The notes under the pieces: model-generated
Seen by the model: only the letters and a program-made list of their open reading frames with translations
What the model was told of the DNA's origin: nothing
Database searches by the model: none
Source of the DNA: a virus
Reading direction: 5' to 3' (one strand)
Virus record (IMG/VR): IMGVR_UViG_3300042934_000619
Span: 38,443-102,442 of that record
DNA: 64,000 bases
Part shown: positions 1 to 9,749 of the stretch, one piece after another
How the letters are laid out: the number at the start of each line of letters is the position of its first letter
Numbering within the stretch: the stretch's first letter is position 1
Translations under genes and position numbers: made by a program

Positions 1-285
1 AGTTGAGGCATAAGACGACAGGGATAGCGCTCTGGTGCTAGCTGCTCCGTAGCGGGTCTCAGCGAGGGTGGTTCGAGTCCATCCGCTCCGGCTGCTTCTT
101 CGTCTGTGGGGATGGGCGAGGGGGTCAGCACCACCTCTGCGAGTGGCTGAGGTCATTGAGGGTCGGCTCCGCCCAAGAAGTGCGCAAGGAGTCTCACCGT
201 GTCCGCTGCTTGGCGGTGCCGGGCACGATGGAACGCGCACCCATTCATCCGGTGGGTGCGCGTTCCACGTACAGAAGGAGACAGT

Positions 286-531
286 GTGAGTAATTCACAC
301 GCAGCAGAAGGTCTTATCGGTTCACTCGACACAACGCCATGGCTTTACCCTCTGGTTATCGGGCTTGTCCTTATCTTCGTGTCCGCCCTTTTGTTTCGTG
401 CGGCCGATCGTTTCACCAAGGGTGGCGCCAGTTCGGACGGATGCATCAACGTGCTGCTCGTCATGGTCGGGCTTGTACTGGGGGCCACGGGATTCATCTG
501 CCTGTGCCTCGGACTCTTCGGGTGGTTCTGA
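286..531 (+). CDS. Small membrane protein (2 TM)
   Basis: GTG after AAGGAG RBS; two hydrophobic segments. Confidence 0.6.
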   Translation: MSNSHAAEGLIGSLDTTPWLYPLVIGLVLIFVSALLFRAADRFTKGGASSDGCINVLLVMVGLVLGATGFICLCLGLFGWF

Positions 532-605
532 ACACACCCGAAGGGCGTGCTTTACCCGGCCCTGGATGAAAAAATTCAAGGCCGACAGACAGGCGAAGGA
601 GAAGC

Positions 606-1724
606 GTGAAGGATCAGCAGAACTTCATCAACCACATAGCTCTGGTGCTCGACGCCTCCGGATCGATGGGGCGGCACAAGCGCAGCCTGATCAAGGTGGC
701 CGACGAGCAGATCGCCTACCTCGCCCGGCGCTCCGAAGAGCTGAACCAGGAAACCCGGGTCACCATCTACACCTTCGACGACCAGGTGAAGTGCCTGGTC
801 TACGACAAGGACGTGCTCCGCCTCCCCAGCATCAAGGATCTGTATGTGGTCGGCGGTATGACCGCTCTGATCGACGCCACGATGCAGTCGCAGGACGACC
901 TCGCGCACACCTGGGAAGGGTACGGCGACCACTCGTTCCTGACCTTCGTCCTCACCGACGGCCTGGAGAACGCCAGCGGTACTACCGGCGGCTACTACCG
1001 AGAGTCCCGGGATGTCCTGGCCGAGCGCCTGACCAGCCGCCTGGAGGCAATGCCGGACCACTGGACCGTGGCCGTGCTCGTGCCCGACCAGATGGCCAAG
1101 CGGGAGGCGATGGGCTTCGGGTTCCCGAAGGACAACATCGCCATCTGGGACACCAACTCCTCGGACGGCGTGGAGGAGGCGGTCAGCACCATCCGAACCG
1201 CCACTGACACGTACATGACCAACCGCACCAAGGGTGTGCGCGGGACCAAGACCCTGTTCGTCGGCGAGAACGTGGACGCCAGCGCGATCAAGAACGCCAA
1301 GCTCACGCCGCTGTCGAACAGCGACCGGAAGATCGTCGTCGTCGCCAAGACGAGGGACACCGAGTCCCTGTTCTTCGAGAAGCCGATCAACCGGGCCACG
1401 AAGACACGTCCTGTCCCGGACAAGGCGCTGCACGTGGAGATCAAGCCGTTCGTGGACGCCGCCTTCCCTCCCTACCGGGTGGGCATGGCGTACTACGAGC
1501 TGATCAAGTCCGAGCGTGTCACCGGCGACAAGCAGATCGCGGTGGTCGACGTGGACACCAATCAGGTGTACGTCGGGGACGGTGCCCGGCAGCTCCTTGG
1601 GCTGCCTGCCGGTCAGTGCCGGGTGAAGCCGACGCTCAACCCGAACTACAAGGTCTTCGTCGAGTCGACGTCGCTGAACCGGCACCTGCGTGTCGGCTCG
1701 CAGCTTCTGCTGCTGACGAAGTGA
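606..1724 (+). CDS. vWA domain protein
   Basis: MIDAS motif VLDASGSM, GGMTALIDA, FVLTDGLEN. Confidence 0.85.
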   Translation: MKDQQNFINHIALVLDASGSMGRHKRSLIKVADEQIAYLARRSEELNQETRVTIYTFDDQVKCLVYDKDVLRLPSIKDLYVVGGMTALIDATMQSQDDLAHTWEGYGDHSFLTFVLTDGLENASGTTGGYYRESRDVLAERLTSRLEAMPDHWTVAVLVPDQMAKREAMGFGFPKDNIAIWDTNSSDGVEEAVSTIRTATDTYMTNRTKGVRGTKTLFVGENVDASAIKNAKLTPLSNSDRKIVVVAKTRDTESLFFEKPINRATKTRPVPDKALHVEIKPFVDAAFPPYRVGMAYYELIKSERVTGDKQIAVVDVDTNQVYVGDGARQLLGLPAGQCRVKPTLNPNYKVFVESTSLNRHLRVGSQLLLLTK

Positions 1725-1730
1725 CATGGC

Positions 1731-1761
1731 GGAGCCGGGGCCGAACAAGGCCCGGCTCCTT
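1731..1761 (+). terminator. Hairpin terminator after vWA gene
   Basis: GGAGCCGGG/CCCGGCTCC inverted repeat. Confidence 0.55.
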
Positions 1762-1947
1762 CATCGAAGGAGACATGACAACCAATGAGACGGCGGAGTC
1801 GTCCTCTCCCTGCGTACCGTGCCCTCCTTGAGTGTGGGCGTGAGATCTGGCTGGCGGACTCACCAATCACGAGTGCGGTGAAGTACGGCTGCAACATGGG
1901 GCTCGGCTGTGGATACCGACTGAACTGGATCTCTTGGTGGCACGTCG

Positions 1948-2211
1948 ATGATCCCGATAGCAAGAGGCCGAATCGAGGGAGTGAGGGCGCTGAGTAGTCC
2001 ACGCGTCTACAAGAAAGTGATCAGAGGTCGCCTGGTCGTCGCTCGCCCGCGCCGAGGCTTCTGCGAGGTGCTGGTGTACGCCGGTGAGACCCCGGACACC
2101 GAGCTGGTCGGCGACTGGGAAATGCCCAGGGAGATGAACAGCGTGCTGTATCTGGCAGCTCAGCAGGCGGAGCTTCAGACTCCGCGCAACTACGAAGGAG
2201 ACAGCGCATGA
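1948..2211 (+). CDS. Hypothetical protein (start uncertain)
   Basis: ORF stop overlaps TerD start (ATGA). Confidence 0.5.
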   Translation: MIPIARGRIEGVRALSSPRVYKKVIRGRLVVARPRRGFCEVLVYAGETPDTELVGDWEMPREMNSVLYLAAQQAELQTPRNYEGDSA

Positions 2212-2819
2212 CCACGAACACCGTCCCGTCCCTGAGCAAGGACCAGGTCGCCACGCTCAACGGCAAGATCCGTGTCGGGGCCGCCTGGGACACCTCCACG
2301 CGCGGACACGGCGGGTTCCTCGGCCGCATCTCGAAGAGGGCGGGCGCCGACCTCGACGCTGTGGCCGTGCTGTTCGAGGATGGCGTGCCCGTCCGTATGG
2401 CCGGGCTCGACAACAACGACCCGCTCAAGAACGGCTCCGTCCTGCACTCCGGCGACAACCAGACCGGCAAGGGTGAGGGCGACGACGAGTCCATCGACTT
2501 CGACCTCGGGCGGATCGACGAGGAGATCGACAAGATCGTCGTCATGGTGGCCGCCTTCAAGGAGGCCAACAAGCGCATGGGAGACCAGGGGTTCCAGGGC
2601 GCCGACAACGTCGAGTTCACCGTCTACGACATGGATGGGGGTCGCCCGGAGAAGGCGTTCCGCATCCGCCCGTCGCTCATGGGCCGGGAGAACTGTGTCA
2701 TCGTCGCCACGCTTGAGCGCGTGGGCCAGGGGTGGCTCATGAAGAAGGCCAACGCCAAGGTCCACGTCGAGCACGGCAACCGCGACAAGCTCCTCATGGC
2801 GGCCGTCAACGCCGACTGA
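2208..2819 (+). CDS. terD: TerD-family stress protein
   Basis: WD...DLDA and HSGDNQTGKGEGDDESI motifs typical of TerD. Confidence 0.85.
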   Translation: MTTNTVPSLSKDQVATLNGKIRVGAAWDTSTRGHGGFLGRISKRAGADLDAVAVLFEDGVPVRMAGLDNNDPLKNGSVLHSGDNQTGKGEGDDESIDFDLGRIDEEIDKIVVMVAAFKEANKRMGDQGFQGADNVEFTVYDMDGGRPEKAFRIRPSLMGRENCVIVATLERVGQGWLMKKANAKVHVEHGNRDKLLMAAVNAD

Positions 2820-2827
2820 GTATGTTG

Positions 2828-2861
2828 AGGGCCCGGACGCTTCGGCGTCCGGGCCCTTGTT
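2828..2861 (+). terminator. Rho-independent terminator
   Basis: 13-bp stem AGGGCCCGGACGC, TTCG loop, followed by TGTT. Confidence 0.7.
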
Positions 2862-2882
2862 CAACGGAAGGAGACAACTGAC

Positions 2883-3470
2883 ATGGGACTGACCGCATCC
2901 GCGCAGCGGATGGACGAGCACCTGCTGCCGTTCGTCGACAGCTTGCTGGCGGTGCACCCGGACAAGCTGGTTGCCCGAAGCCACCTGTGCGCAGCGGCTG
3001 CCTCGTTCCTGACGGTGACCCGGCAGGCGGTGTCTGGCCGTATCGCCGACGCCGTGGCGGACGGGAAGTTGATCGAGATCTTTCCCCGCTCGGACTGGCT
3101 GGTCATGCTGCTCGGCGGCACGGATCTGCCGAATCTGTACGCCGTGCAGAGCGGCAAGAACAGCGGCCTCTACGGACTGGTCAGGGATCGGCCGGTCTCT
3201 CGGGGTTCCGGCGGGGTCAGCTTCATCACCACCGGCGCCGCGCTGAGAGAACTCGTGACCGGGCTGCGGAAGGAGTACGGTCTTCCGGACCCCGGAGAGG
3301 CGTTTTACTACGTGCCCGCCATCGAGCGGCATGTGCGCGCCGACGCCTATATGCAAATGCTGGAGGTTCTGTCCCGTTACCGCGCACATAGCCCCGGTGA
3401 TGCGTCAAATGCACTCGTCGTCAACGAACTGCTGGCGGTTGTCAATCTGAAGCCGCCGCAAGGGCACTGA
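2883..3470 (+). CDS. Hypothetical protein
   Basis: AAGGAG RBS, 195-aa ORF. Confidence 0.6.
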   Translation: MGLTASAQRMDEHLLPFVDSLLAVHPDKLVARSHLCAAAASFLTVTRQAVSGRIADAVADGKLIEIFPRSDWLVMLLGGTDLPNLYAVQSGKNSGLYGLVRDRPVSRGSGGVSFITTGAALRELVTGLRKEYGLPDPGEAFYYVPAIERHVRADAYMQMLEVLSRYRAHSPGDASNALVVNELLAVVNLKPPQGH

Positions 3471-3480
3471 AGCCGTCACG

Positions 3481-3705
3481 ATGGGCAGCGATATGAAGAC
3501 GCGAAGGACGTGGCACGACCGTCCTGTGATTGCCCCGCTGGTGTACGGAGTCTCGACCGTGGCGATAGGCGGTGTCGGGTATGCATCCGGCTTCCTGGCC
3601 ACGGATTCCGTTATCCACGCAATCTACGCATCTCTATTCATAGAGGCGTTGCTCGTGCTGTACTTGCGAGCAAGTCACAAAGAGGCGAGGAGGAAAAGCG
3701 CATGA
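3481..3705 (+). CDS. Small membrane protein
   Basis: Two hydrophobic helices; stop overlaps next start. Confidence 0.55.
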   Translation: MGSDMKTRRTWHDRPVIAPLVYGVSTVAIGGVGYASGFLATDSVIHAIYASLFIEALLVLYLRASHKEARRKSA

Positions 3706-4007
3706 ACCATGCGATGAGTACCGTCCCGTTCGGTGAACGATTCAGTGCGTCCTGTGAGTGGGCGCAGAGCCGGGCCGCCAAGTCCGTCAGTCCGGAGCGG
3801 TACATGGAACTGTTCCACAACGCGATGGCGGAGGCTCGACGGAACGGGGAGAACGCGATCGTCGACCAGTCCCCTGACTGGGGCGACCCCACACACCTGG
3901 CCGCCGAGGTCGAGGCACTGGCCGCACGCCGGGCGATGAGGCACTGGGGTACCACGTGGGGGATCTGCCTGAGACGCCGCGTGAGCAAGCAGGATCTGGC
4001 AGCATAG
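3702..4007 (+). CDS. Hypothetical protein
   Basis: ATG overlapping upstream stop, GGAGG RBS. Confidence 0.55.
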   Translation: MNHAMSTVPFGERFSASCEWAQSRAAKSVSPERYMELFHNAMAEARRNGENAIVDQSPDWGDPTHLAAEVEALAARRAMRHWGTTWGICLRRRVSKQDLAA

Positions 4008-4046
4008 GTCCAACGAGACAGACGGAAAGAGCGGAAGGAGACGGTC

Positions 4047-4307
4047 ATGTCGTGCGCAGAGGCGGACGAGGAGCCGACGCACCACATCTCGAAGGAGCTG
4101 GAACAGAAGCTGGTCGAGGCCAAGGAGTGGTACGACCGGCGTGCGAGGCTTGAGTTCGTCATCCGGACCTACGGCGGCAGTGCTCAGCGCAACCAGGAAG
4201 ACCGAGACGAGAGCGACCGTGAGGGCGCGTCCCTGCTGACCGAGATCGCCGAGATCGTCGACGAGACGTGGGGCTTCGAGAAGCCGCTGCGGGAGGCGGG
4301 GGAGTGA
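4047..4307 (+). CDS. Hypothetical protein
   Basis: AAGGAG RBS, GC3-rich codons. Confidence 0.6.
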   Translation: MSCAEADEEPTHHISKELEQKLVEAKEWYDRRARLEFVIRTYGGSAQRNQEDRDESDREGASLLTEIAEIVDETWGFEKPLREAGE

Positions 4308-4495
4308 CTCACTTCAAGGACGTCGGGCGTATGGTCCTGGAGATCACGATCGAGGACCGGCTCGGGGACACGGCTGCGCTGTACGACCTCTTGGCGCTGG
4401 TCGAGGGGTACGTGGAGCGCTTCGGCTTCGTGGATCTCGATGAGGTGGACACCGCCGAGTTCGAGGCGCTGGCCAAGCGGTACCTTCGCAGCTGA
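4304..4495 (+). CDS. Hypothetical protein
   Basis: GTGA overlap with upstream gene. Confidence 0.55.
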   Translation: MTHFKDVGRMVLEITIEDRLGDTAALYDLLALVEGYVERFGFVDLDEVDTAEFEALAKRYLRS

Positions 4496-4525
4496 CACAG
4501 GGCTCCGGCCGAGTGTGTAGAACAC

Positions 4526-5380
4526 ATGACCGGCGCCCTTCAGCGTGTGGTAGGTTTCGACCCGTCAGGCGGTGCGTCTGAGGAAAGAGACAACGTGGAA
4601 CGAGACAGCGCCTCCGAGGTAGAAGGTTGTCGGAGGCAGAACGAGCGTCTGCGTGAGCGTCTGCGTCAGGAGCAGAAGCAGACGGAAGCCCTGCGTGCGA
4701 AAGCCGACCGTTGGTATCAGTCGGCAGCGAATCTCACCTGGGCGCTGGTCGACGCCAACGCGAGGCTGAACGAAGCGCAGAACGACCTGGCGGAGCTGAG
4801 CAAGTTCAACGGTGTGCAATGGCTGCGCGACGAACTGGCTTGCGAACGCGGCAAGGTCGCGACACTCAAGGCGCGGAGACAGGGATGGAACGACCTGGCC
4901 CGTCGAGCCACCACCGCCAAGGCGGAGGAAGCGCAACGGGCCCGTGACCTCGACGCGGTGGTCGAAGAGCTGCGAGGCAAGCTCGTAAAGAACGAGCAGA
5001 AGCTGGAAGGCGTTATCAGCCGAGCTGAGGGGATGGTCTGGGAGCGCGACAAACGTGAGCGCCGTTTTTTGCAATGGTGTGAGCGTTGGCAGCGGGGCGA
5101 GGTGGGAGCCCATGAGGTAGTCGCGGGCATCACCGCCGAACTGGGCGGCCACCAGATGGAGGAGACCTCCGTACTGGACCGGCGCCGCGCGATCGAGCAT
5201 GCCAAGACGGTGTCGATCATGAACGAGGCGACCGATCAACTCTCCGCTATCGTGCGGCTGTTGGCTGCTGAGGGTGTCCCGTTCAAGGGGACGGCGGTCG
5301 AGCTGGTAGGGGACTACATCGCCCGGGTCAACGGGCGAGTGGCAGCGTCGGAGGGTGACGCTGAGAAGAAGCGGCAGTAG
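4526..5380 (+). CDS. Coiled-coil hypothetical protein
   Basis: E/R/K/L/A-rich heptad-like 284-aa ORF. Confidence 0.6.
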   Translation: MTGALQRVVGFDPSGGASEERDNVERDSASEVEGCRRQNERLRERLRQEQKQTEALRAKADRWYQSAANLTWALVDANARLNEAQNDLAELSKFNGVQWLRDELACERGKVATLKARRQGWNDLARRATTAKAEEAQRARDLDAVVEELRGKLVKNEQKLEGVISRAEGMVWERDKRERRFLQWCERWQRGEVGAHEVVAGITAELGGHQMEETSVLDRRRAIEHAKTVSIMNEATDQLSAIVRLLAAEGVPFKGTAVELVGDYIARVNGRVAASEGDAEKKRQ

Positions 5381-5402
5381 CCGCACAAGGGAGGGGAAAG
5401 TA

Positions 5403-5573
5403 ATGTCCGACAACGGACAGCTCGCACAAACCGGTCTGGGCACGGTCGTGGTGGGCGGTACCGCCTACTACGTGGGTGGGTGGATGATCACCGCCGCCGC
5501 CGTGCTCGTCGTCGCCGGTGCTCTTCTGGTGCGCATGCGCTTCCGGCGCGGGCGCGGTGTGGGAGAGGTGTGA
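5403..5573 (+). CDS. 56-aa membrane peptide with LAxTG sorting-signal-like motif
   Basis: MSDNGQ-LAQTG, hydrophobic helix, basic tail RMRFRRGR; GGAGG RBS. Confidence 0.65.
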   Translation: MSDNGQLAQTGLGTVVVGGTAYYVGGWMITAAAVLVVAGALLVRMRFRRGRGVGEV

Positions 5574-7078
5574 CCGGCAAACGCCGTCGGACCACGGTGC
5601 TGGCTGCGCGCCAGCACCGTTCCGGCACGGTACTGATAGGTATCGCTGTCCTTGGTCTGGCGGCCCTGTGGTCTGCTCATCACGCCATCGCGGCGGCCGA
5701 CTGGGACGAGCGTACGGCCAGTCGCCTCACCGTGGTCTGGCTTGCTCTGTTCTTCGTGTTCATGGCGCAGACCCTCATGTATCACTTCGAACGTCCGTAC
5801 CGTCCGACGCCCCGTCAGAAGCGGCAGCTCGACAGTCTCCACGTAGCGATCCTCGTACCGGCGTACAACGAGGACCCCGGGTATTTCGAGCTGTGCCTGA
5901 AGTCCTTTCTTCGTCAGACGCGTCTCCCTGACTCCGTCCACATTGTCGACGACGGTTCGACGAACGGGGATTACGCGGATATACGGGCGTGGTGGGAACG
6001 CGAGGCGGGGAAGGCGGGGGTTGCCACTACCTGGCAACGCGTTCCGAACGGCGGAAAGCGCCACGCGCAGGCGCGGGGGGTGGATGTCAGCCCTGACGCG
6101 GACGTTTACATAACCTGCGACTCCGACAGCTGCTTTGCCCCTACCGCAGTGGCAGAAGTCATCGCCCCGTTCGTACGTCCTCGGGTTCAGTCGGTGGCAG
6201 GAATCGTGGTCGCCACCAACAACCGAGCCAATCTGCTGGCGCGGATCACGGACCTTTGGTTCACCACCACGCAGCTTGTCGACCGGTCCGGGCAGTCCGC
6301 CGTCGGAGCTGTCATGGTCAACTCCGGCCCGCTCGCTGCATACAGGGCGGAGGTGGTTCGCGACAACCTGGGATCCTACCTCAACGAGACATTCATGGGT
6401 CGCCCCGTCATGTTCTCGGACGACAGCCTCCTCACCCTCTATGCGCAGGAGCGTGGGCTCACCGTTCAGCAGCCATCGGCTGTTGTCTTCACGGCGATGC
6501 CGGAGAAGTGGTCACACTTCTGCCGCATGTACCTCCGGTGGATGCGCGGGTCGACGATCCGGTCTGTGTGGCGGATGAAGTATCTGAGCCTTGCGCGCCC
6601 CGCGTTCTGGCTGCATCTGCTGCGCTGGTTCCAGATGTTCCTCGTCCAGATGGTCACCGTCTGGCTGCTCCTGGTCGAGCCGATTGCGTACAGCAATCTC
6701 CCTCCTGCGAGCATGCTGTGGGTGCCCTTCTTCATCGGATGGGCACAGGGCCTGCGCTACATCAGCATCATCCGGAGCGACGAGCGAATTCGTTCTCGCG
6801 CGGTGACGTGGCTGCTGATGCCGCTGGCCATCGTGTTCGCCTGGACGGTACTCCGCTGGCTCCGCTGGTATGGCATCGCCACCTGCTACGTAACGGGTTG
6901 GGGTACCAGGCAAAACGGCGCGGAAGTATCCCTCGGGACGCCGAGCATTCCAAAGCAACGCACCGGTGAGACGGAGCAAGGGCATGAGGACACTGTCCCG
7001 CTCAAAGTGCTCCTCGACCCGTATGCGGAGATCACCACGGAGCTGGAGATCGAACAGCTCCGCAACACCAACCAGTAG
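5570..7078 (+). CDS. Processive GT2 glycosyltransferase (hyaluronan/chitin synthase-like)
   Basis: VPAYNED, VDDGS, GKRHA, CDSD, SGPLAAYR, SDDSLLT and YLRW (QxxRW variant); N- and C-terminal TM helices. Confidence 0.85.
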   Translation: MTGKRRRTTVLAARQHRSGTVLIGIAVLGLAALWSAHHAIAAADWDERTASRLTVVWLALFFVFMAQTLMYHFERPYRPTPRQKRQLDSLHVAILVPAYNEDPGYFELCLKSFLRQTRLPDSVHIVDDGSTNGDYADIRAWWEREAGKAGVATTWQRVPNGGKRHAQARGVDVSPDADVYITCDSDSCFAPTAVAEVIAPFVRPRVQSVAGIVVATNNRANLLARITDLWFTTTQLVDRSGQSAVGAVMVNSGPLAAYRAEVVRDNLGSYLNETFMGRPVMFSDDSLLTLYAQERGLTVQQPSAVVFTAMPEKWSHFCRMYLRWMRGSTIRSVWRMKYLSLARPAFWLHLLRWFQMFLVQMVTVWLLLVEPIAYSNLPPASMLWVPFFIGWAQGLRYISIIRSDERIRSRAVTWLLMPLAIVFAWTVLRWLRWYGIATCYVTGWGTRQNGAEVSLGTPSIPKQRTGETEQGHEDTVPLKVLLDPYAEITTELEIEQLRNTNQ

Positions 7079-7503
7079 TGAAGGAGGGAGACGTGGACGA
7101 AGACAGCACCATCGAGGTGCAGGTAACGATGAAGCCTTACCAGGCGCTTCGATTCGCCTGCGCCATGCGGCGCCTCGCCGAAATGTCCACGGCGAAAGAA
7201 GACAGGGAATTCTGGCGGTCCATCTATCACGAGGTGGGCGACCAGTGTGCAGGGGTGTACATCACCTCCCGTCGTCACGTCTGGCGGCCCGCCTACGACG
7301 ATGAAGTGGCTCTGAAGCGCGTGGTCGACGGGGACGAACCGTTCCCTGTTCTGTCGCGCATGGATGCCCGTCGAGCGCTTGTCGCGCTCAAAGACAAGCT
7401 GAGTGCTCGGCAGTTGGGGGAGCGCCTGTACATGGACCGCCGCACGGCATCCATGTGGCGTGCGGCATACAACCGGGGGGAGTGGAAGAAGTATGGGTTC
7501 TAG
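7078..7503 (+). CDS. Hypothetical protein, possible C-terminal HTH
   Basis: LSARQLGERLYMDRRTASMWR. Confidence 0.55.
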   Translation: MKEGDVDEDSTIEVQVTMKPYQALRFACAMRRLAEMSTAKEDREFWRSIYHEVGDQCAGVYITSRRHVWRPAYDDEVALKRVVDGDEPFPVLSRMDARRALVALKDKLSARQLGERLYMDRRTASMWRAAYNRGEWKKYGF

Positions 7504-7717
7504 GAGCAAGCCACTCAGCAGTGCCGAACAGGCTGTTCTCAGGAAGCTCATCGCGCGAGGCGGCACGTGGGCGAACGGGGACACTCCCCTGTGGGAGAGC
7601 AGGTACTGGACCCTGCATCTGCTGAACCGCCTGGCCAGCCAAGGACTGGTCAGCGAGGTGGAGCAGGACAGGAAATACCAGGCGACCCGCGACGGCCTGG
7701 CCGTCAACCGCTGGTGA
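7493..7717 (+). CDS. Small hypothetical protein (winged-helix-like)
   Basis: LNRLASQGLV...YQATRDG pattern. Confidence 0.5.
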   Translation: MGSRSKPLSSAEQAVLRKLIARGGTWANGDTPLWESRYWTLHLLNRLASQGLVSEVEQDRKYQATRDGLAVNRW

Positions 7718-7873
7718 CTCTGGCCTTCCAGTGGCACTGCCGTTAGAGTTCAATCACCGCCTGCGTACCCTGTGTAGAACCAAGGGACGTAACTGAACGT
7801 CTTGCAGACAAAGGGCCCGGCTGACAGATGATGCGTAAGGGCATCACGAGGGGCCCGCTAGGAAGGAGACAGC

Positions 7874-8896
7874 ATGGAAAACGTCGAGATCGAGGTCGAC
7901 GGTTGGATGTACCCGGTGGCGCCGCTCGACCCGGAGATGCACGACCGCCCCAGCCCCGCGTTCCCGATCGTCATCACTCCGGCGGTCGCCCAGTCGTGGC
8001 TGCGGTACAACTGGCGTAACCGCAACAAGCGCGGCAAGGGCATCAACGACTACAGCGCCGACATGACCAATGACCGCTTCGACCTCAACGGCACGACCAT
8101 CACCTTCTCCCGTCCGCTCGGACAGGGAGAGGACCCGGACGTCCCCGGCGGCAAGCCGGTCCTGATCGATGGTCAGCACCGGCTGGAGTCCTGCGTCAAG
8201 AGTGGGAAGCCGTTCCTCACCTACGTCATCTACGGACTCGACCCCACCGCCCGGCGTACCGTGGACGGCGGCATAAAGCGTCGCTTCCAGGACATCCTCC
8301 AGATGGATGGCGAGGTCAAGACGGACGTCCTCTCGTCGGTCACGGCGCGCTGTTTCGCCTGGACCATCGGCGACCGTCACCTCACCCTCAAGCGGGCGGG
8401 CATGACCAAGGCGGCGCTGGAGGGATTCCTCAAGGAGCACCCCGAGCTCCGGCGCAGTGTGGACGTGGCGGTCCAGGTTCACGGGGATTTCATCGGATCG
8501 GGCATCCGTAAGTCGGTGGTCGGCACGGCGCACTGGCTGCTCATGCAGGCCGATCCGACCGTCGCTCCCGAGTTCTTCATCCGCCTCGGCGACGGAGCGG
8601 AGATGCCCAAGGACCACCCGATCATGGTCCTGCGTCGGCGCATCATGAAGGACAAGACGGACCGGGAAGCGCGCAGCAAGCGTGACGTCCCGCACGTGCC
8701 GGACTGGCAGCAGCTCTGCTACATCATCCGTACGTGGAACGCGCTGATGGAGGACAAGTCGGACTTCGCGCTGGTGAGCCGGTACGACCACCAGCGTATG
8801 CCCGTCCCGATGACGGCCGTCGAGATCGATCCGTCGAAGAATGTCTGCCTCTCTCTGCTGGTGGACGACGACGACGAGATGCCCAAGGCATCCTGA
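7874..8896 (+). CDS. ParB/Srx-like (DGQHR) domain protein
   Basis: ITPAVAQSWL..N.RNR, LIDGQHRL. Confidence 0.75.
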   Translation: MENVEIEVDGWMYPVAPLDPEMHDRPSPAFPIVITPAVAQSWLRYNWRNRNKRGKGINDYSADMTNDRFDLNGTTITFSRPLGQGEDPDVPGGKPVLIDGQHRLESCVKSGKPFLTYVIYGLDPTARRTVDGGIKRRFQDILQMDGEVKTDVLSSVTARCFAWTIGDRHLTLKRAGMTKAALEGFLKEHPELRRSVDVAVQVHGDFIGSGIRKSVVGTAHWLLMQADPTVAPEFFIRLGDGAEMPKDHPIMVLRRRIMKDKTDREARSKRDVPHVPDWQQLCYIIRTWNALMEDKSDFALVSRYDHQRMPVPMTAVEIDPSKNVCLSLLVDDDDEMPKAS

Positions 8897-8903
8897 CGTA
8901 GCG

Positions 8904-8931
8904 CAGCCGGGGCACATCAGTGCCCCGGCTG
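8904..8931 (+). terminator. Hairpin terminator
   Basis: 12-bp perfect stem CAGCCGGGGCAC. Confidence 0.55.
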
Positions 8932-8950
8932 TACGTATGAAGGTGATGAG

Positions 8951-9409
8951 ATGACAGCTGACTACCGTGTATTGGTCACAGCCAGCCGGGACCTGAAGGA
9001 CCGGCTCCTGGTGCGGCAGCTGCTCGACGACTGCCTGACGATCGCTTTGTACGAAGAGTACGAGCGCCTCGTCGTGGTGCATGGCGCATGCCCGACCGGT
9101 GGTGACGCGTTCGCCGACGAGTGGGCCGTCGAAATGAAGAATGCGGGTATGCCGGTCGACTACGAACGGCATCCCGCTCAAGGGCACCCCACGCAGGACT
9201 TCGGCCCGTGGCCGGGGTGCGGTCCGCGACGGAACGGCTACATGGTTTCCCTGGGTGCGCACGAGTGTCTGGCCCTCATCGGCCCGTGCACATCGACCCG
9301 CTGTCGACGGATTGATCCTCATGGCAGTCATGGCGCCAGTGGCTGCGCCGCCGCAGCGCTCAGGGCGGGGATCAAGGTGGATAAGTGGGATCTGTGGAAG
9401 GCATCCTGA
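8951..9409 (+). CDS. SLOG/DUF2493-family protein
   Basis: RVLVTASR, VVHGACPTGGD, GPRRNGYMV, SHGASGC. Confidence 0.7.
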   Translation: MTADYRVLVTASRDLKDRLLVRQLLDDCLTIALYEEYERLVVVHGACPTGGDAFADEWAVEMKNAGMPVDYERHPAQGHPTQDFGPWPGCGPRRNGYMVSLGAHECLALIGPCTSTRCRRIDPHGSHGASGCAAAALRAGIKVDKWDLWKAS

Positions 9410-9741
9410 CGGCAGCCGGGCAGCTGGCCCACGTATCCGAGTTCCGGTTCGACTACTGGCACACCGATGTTGAGCACCGGTACTACACGGTGCGTCGTGG
9501 CGTAAATCGCTATGACGGCCGATGGGGTGTCAATGAAGGTGGCGTCATGGGTGTGTACTGGGACGGTGAGGGCTGGGCCCACGTGCGTGGCTCGGGCGCG
9601 TATCGCTATGAGCTGGAAGAGGCGTTGCCGATTGCTCAGCGTCTTGCGTTCGAAGAGAACCAACACGTCATCATGGTCATGGAGAACCGGTTCCCTGGAG
9701 AGTTCCGGGGTGGACCATATGACATGTCCGCAGGAAGGTAG
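9385..9741 (+). CDS. Hypothetical protein
   Basis: ORF fills gap in operon. Confidence 0.5.
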   Translation: MGSVEGILTAAGQLAHVSEFRFDYWHTDVEHRYYTVRRGVNRYDGRWGVNEGGVMGVYWDGEGWAHVRGSGAYRYELEEALPIAQRLAFEENQHVIMVMENRFPGEFRGGPYDMSAGR

Positions 9742-9749
9742 GGAGAGGC

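Noticed and set aside
7874-8896. DGQHR protein as the cognate ParB of the parS array
   Set aside because: No evident HTH or canonical GERR arginine patch, and no parA nearby; cannot be fully excluded without a binding test
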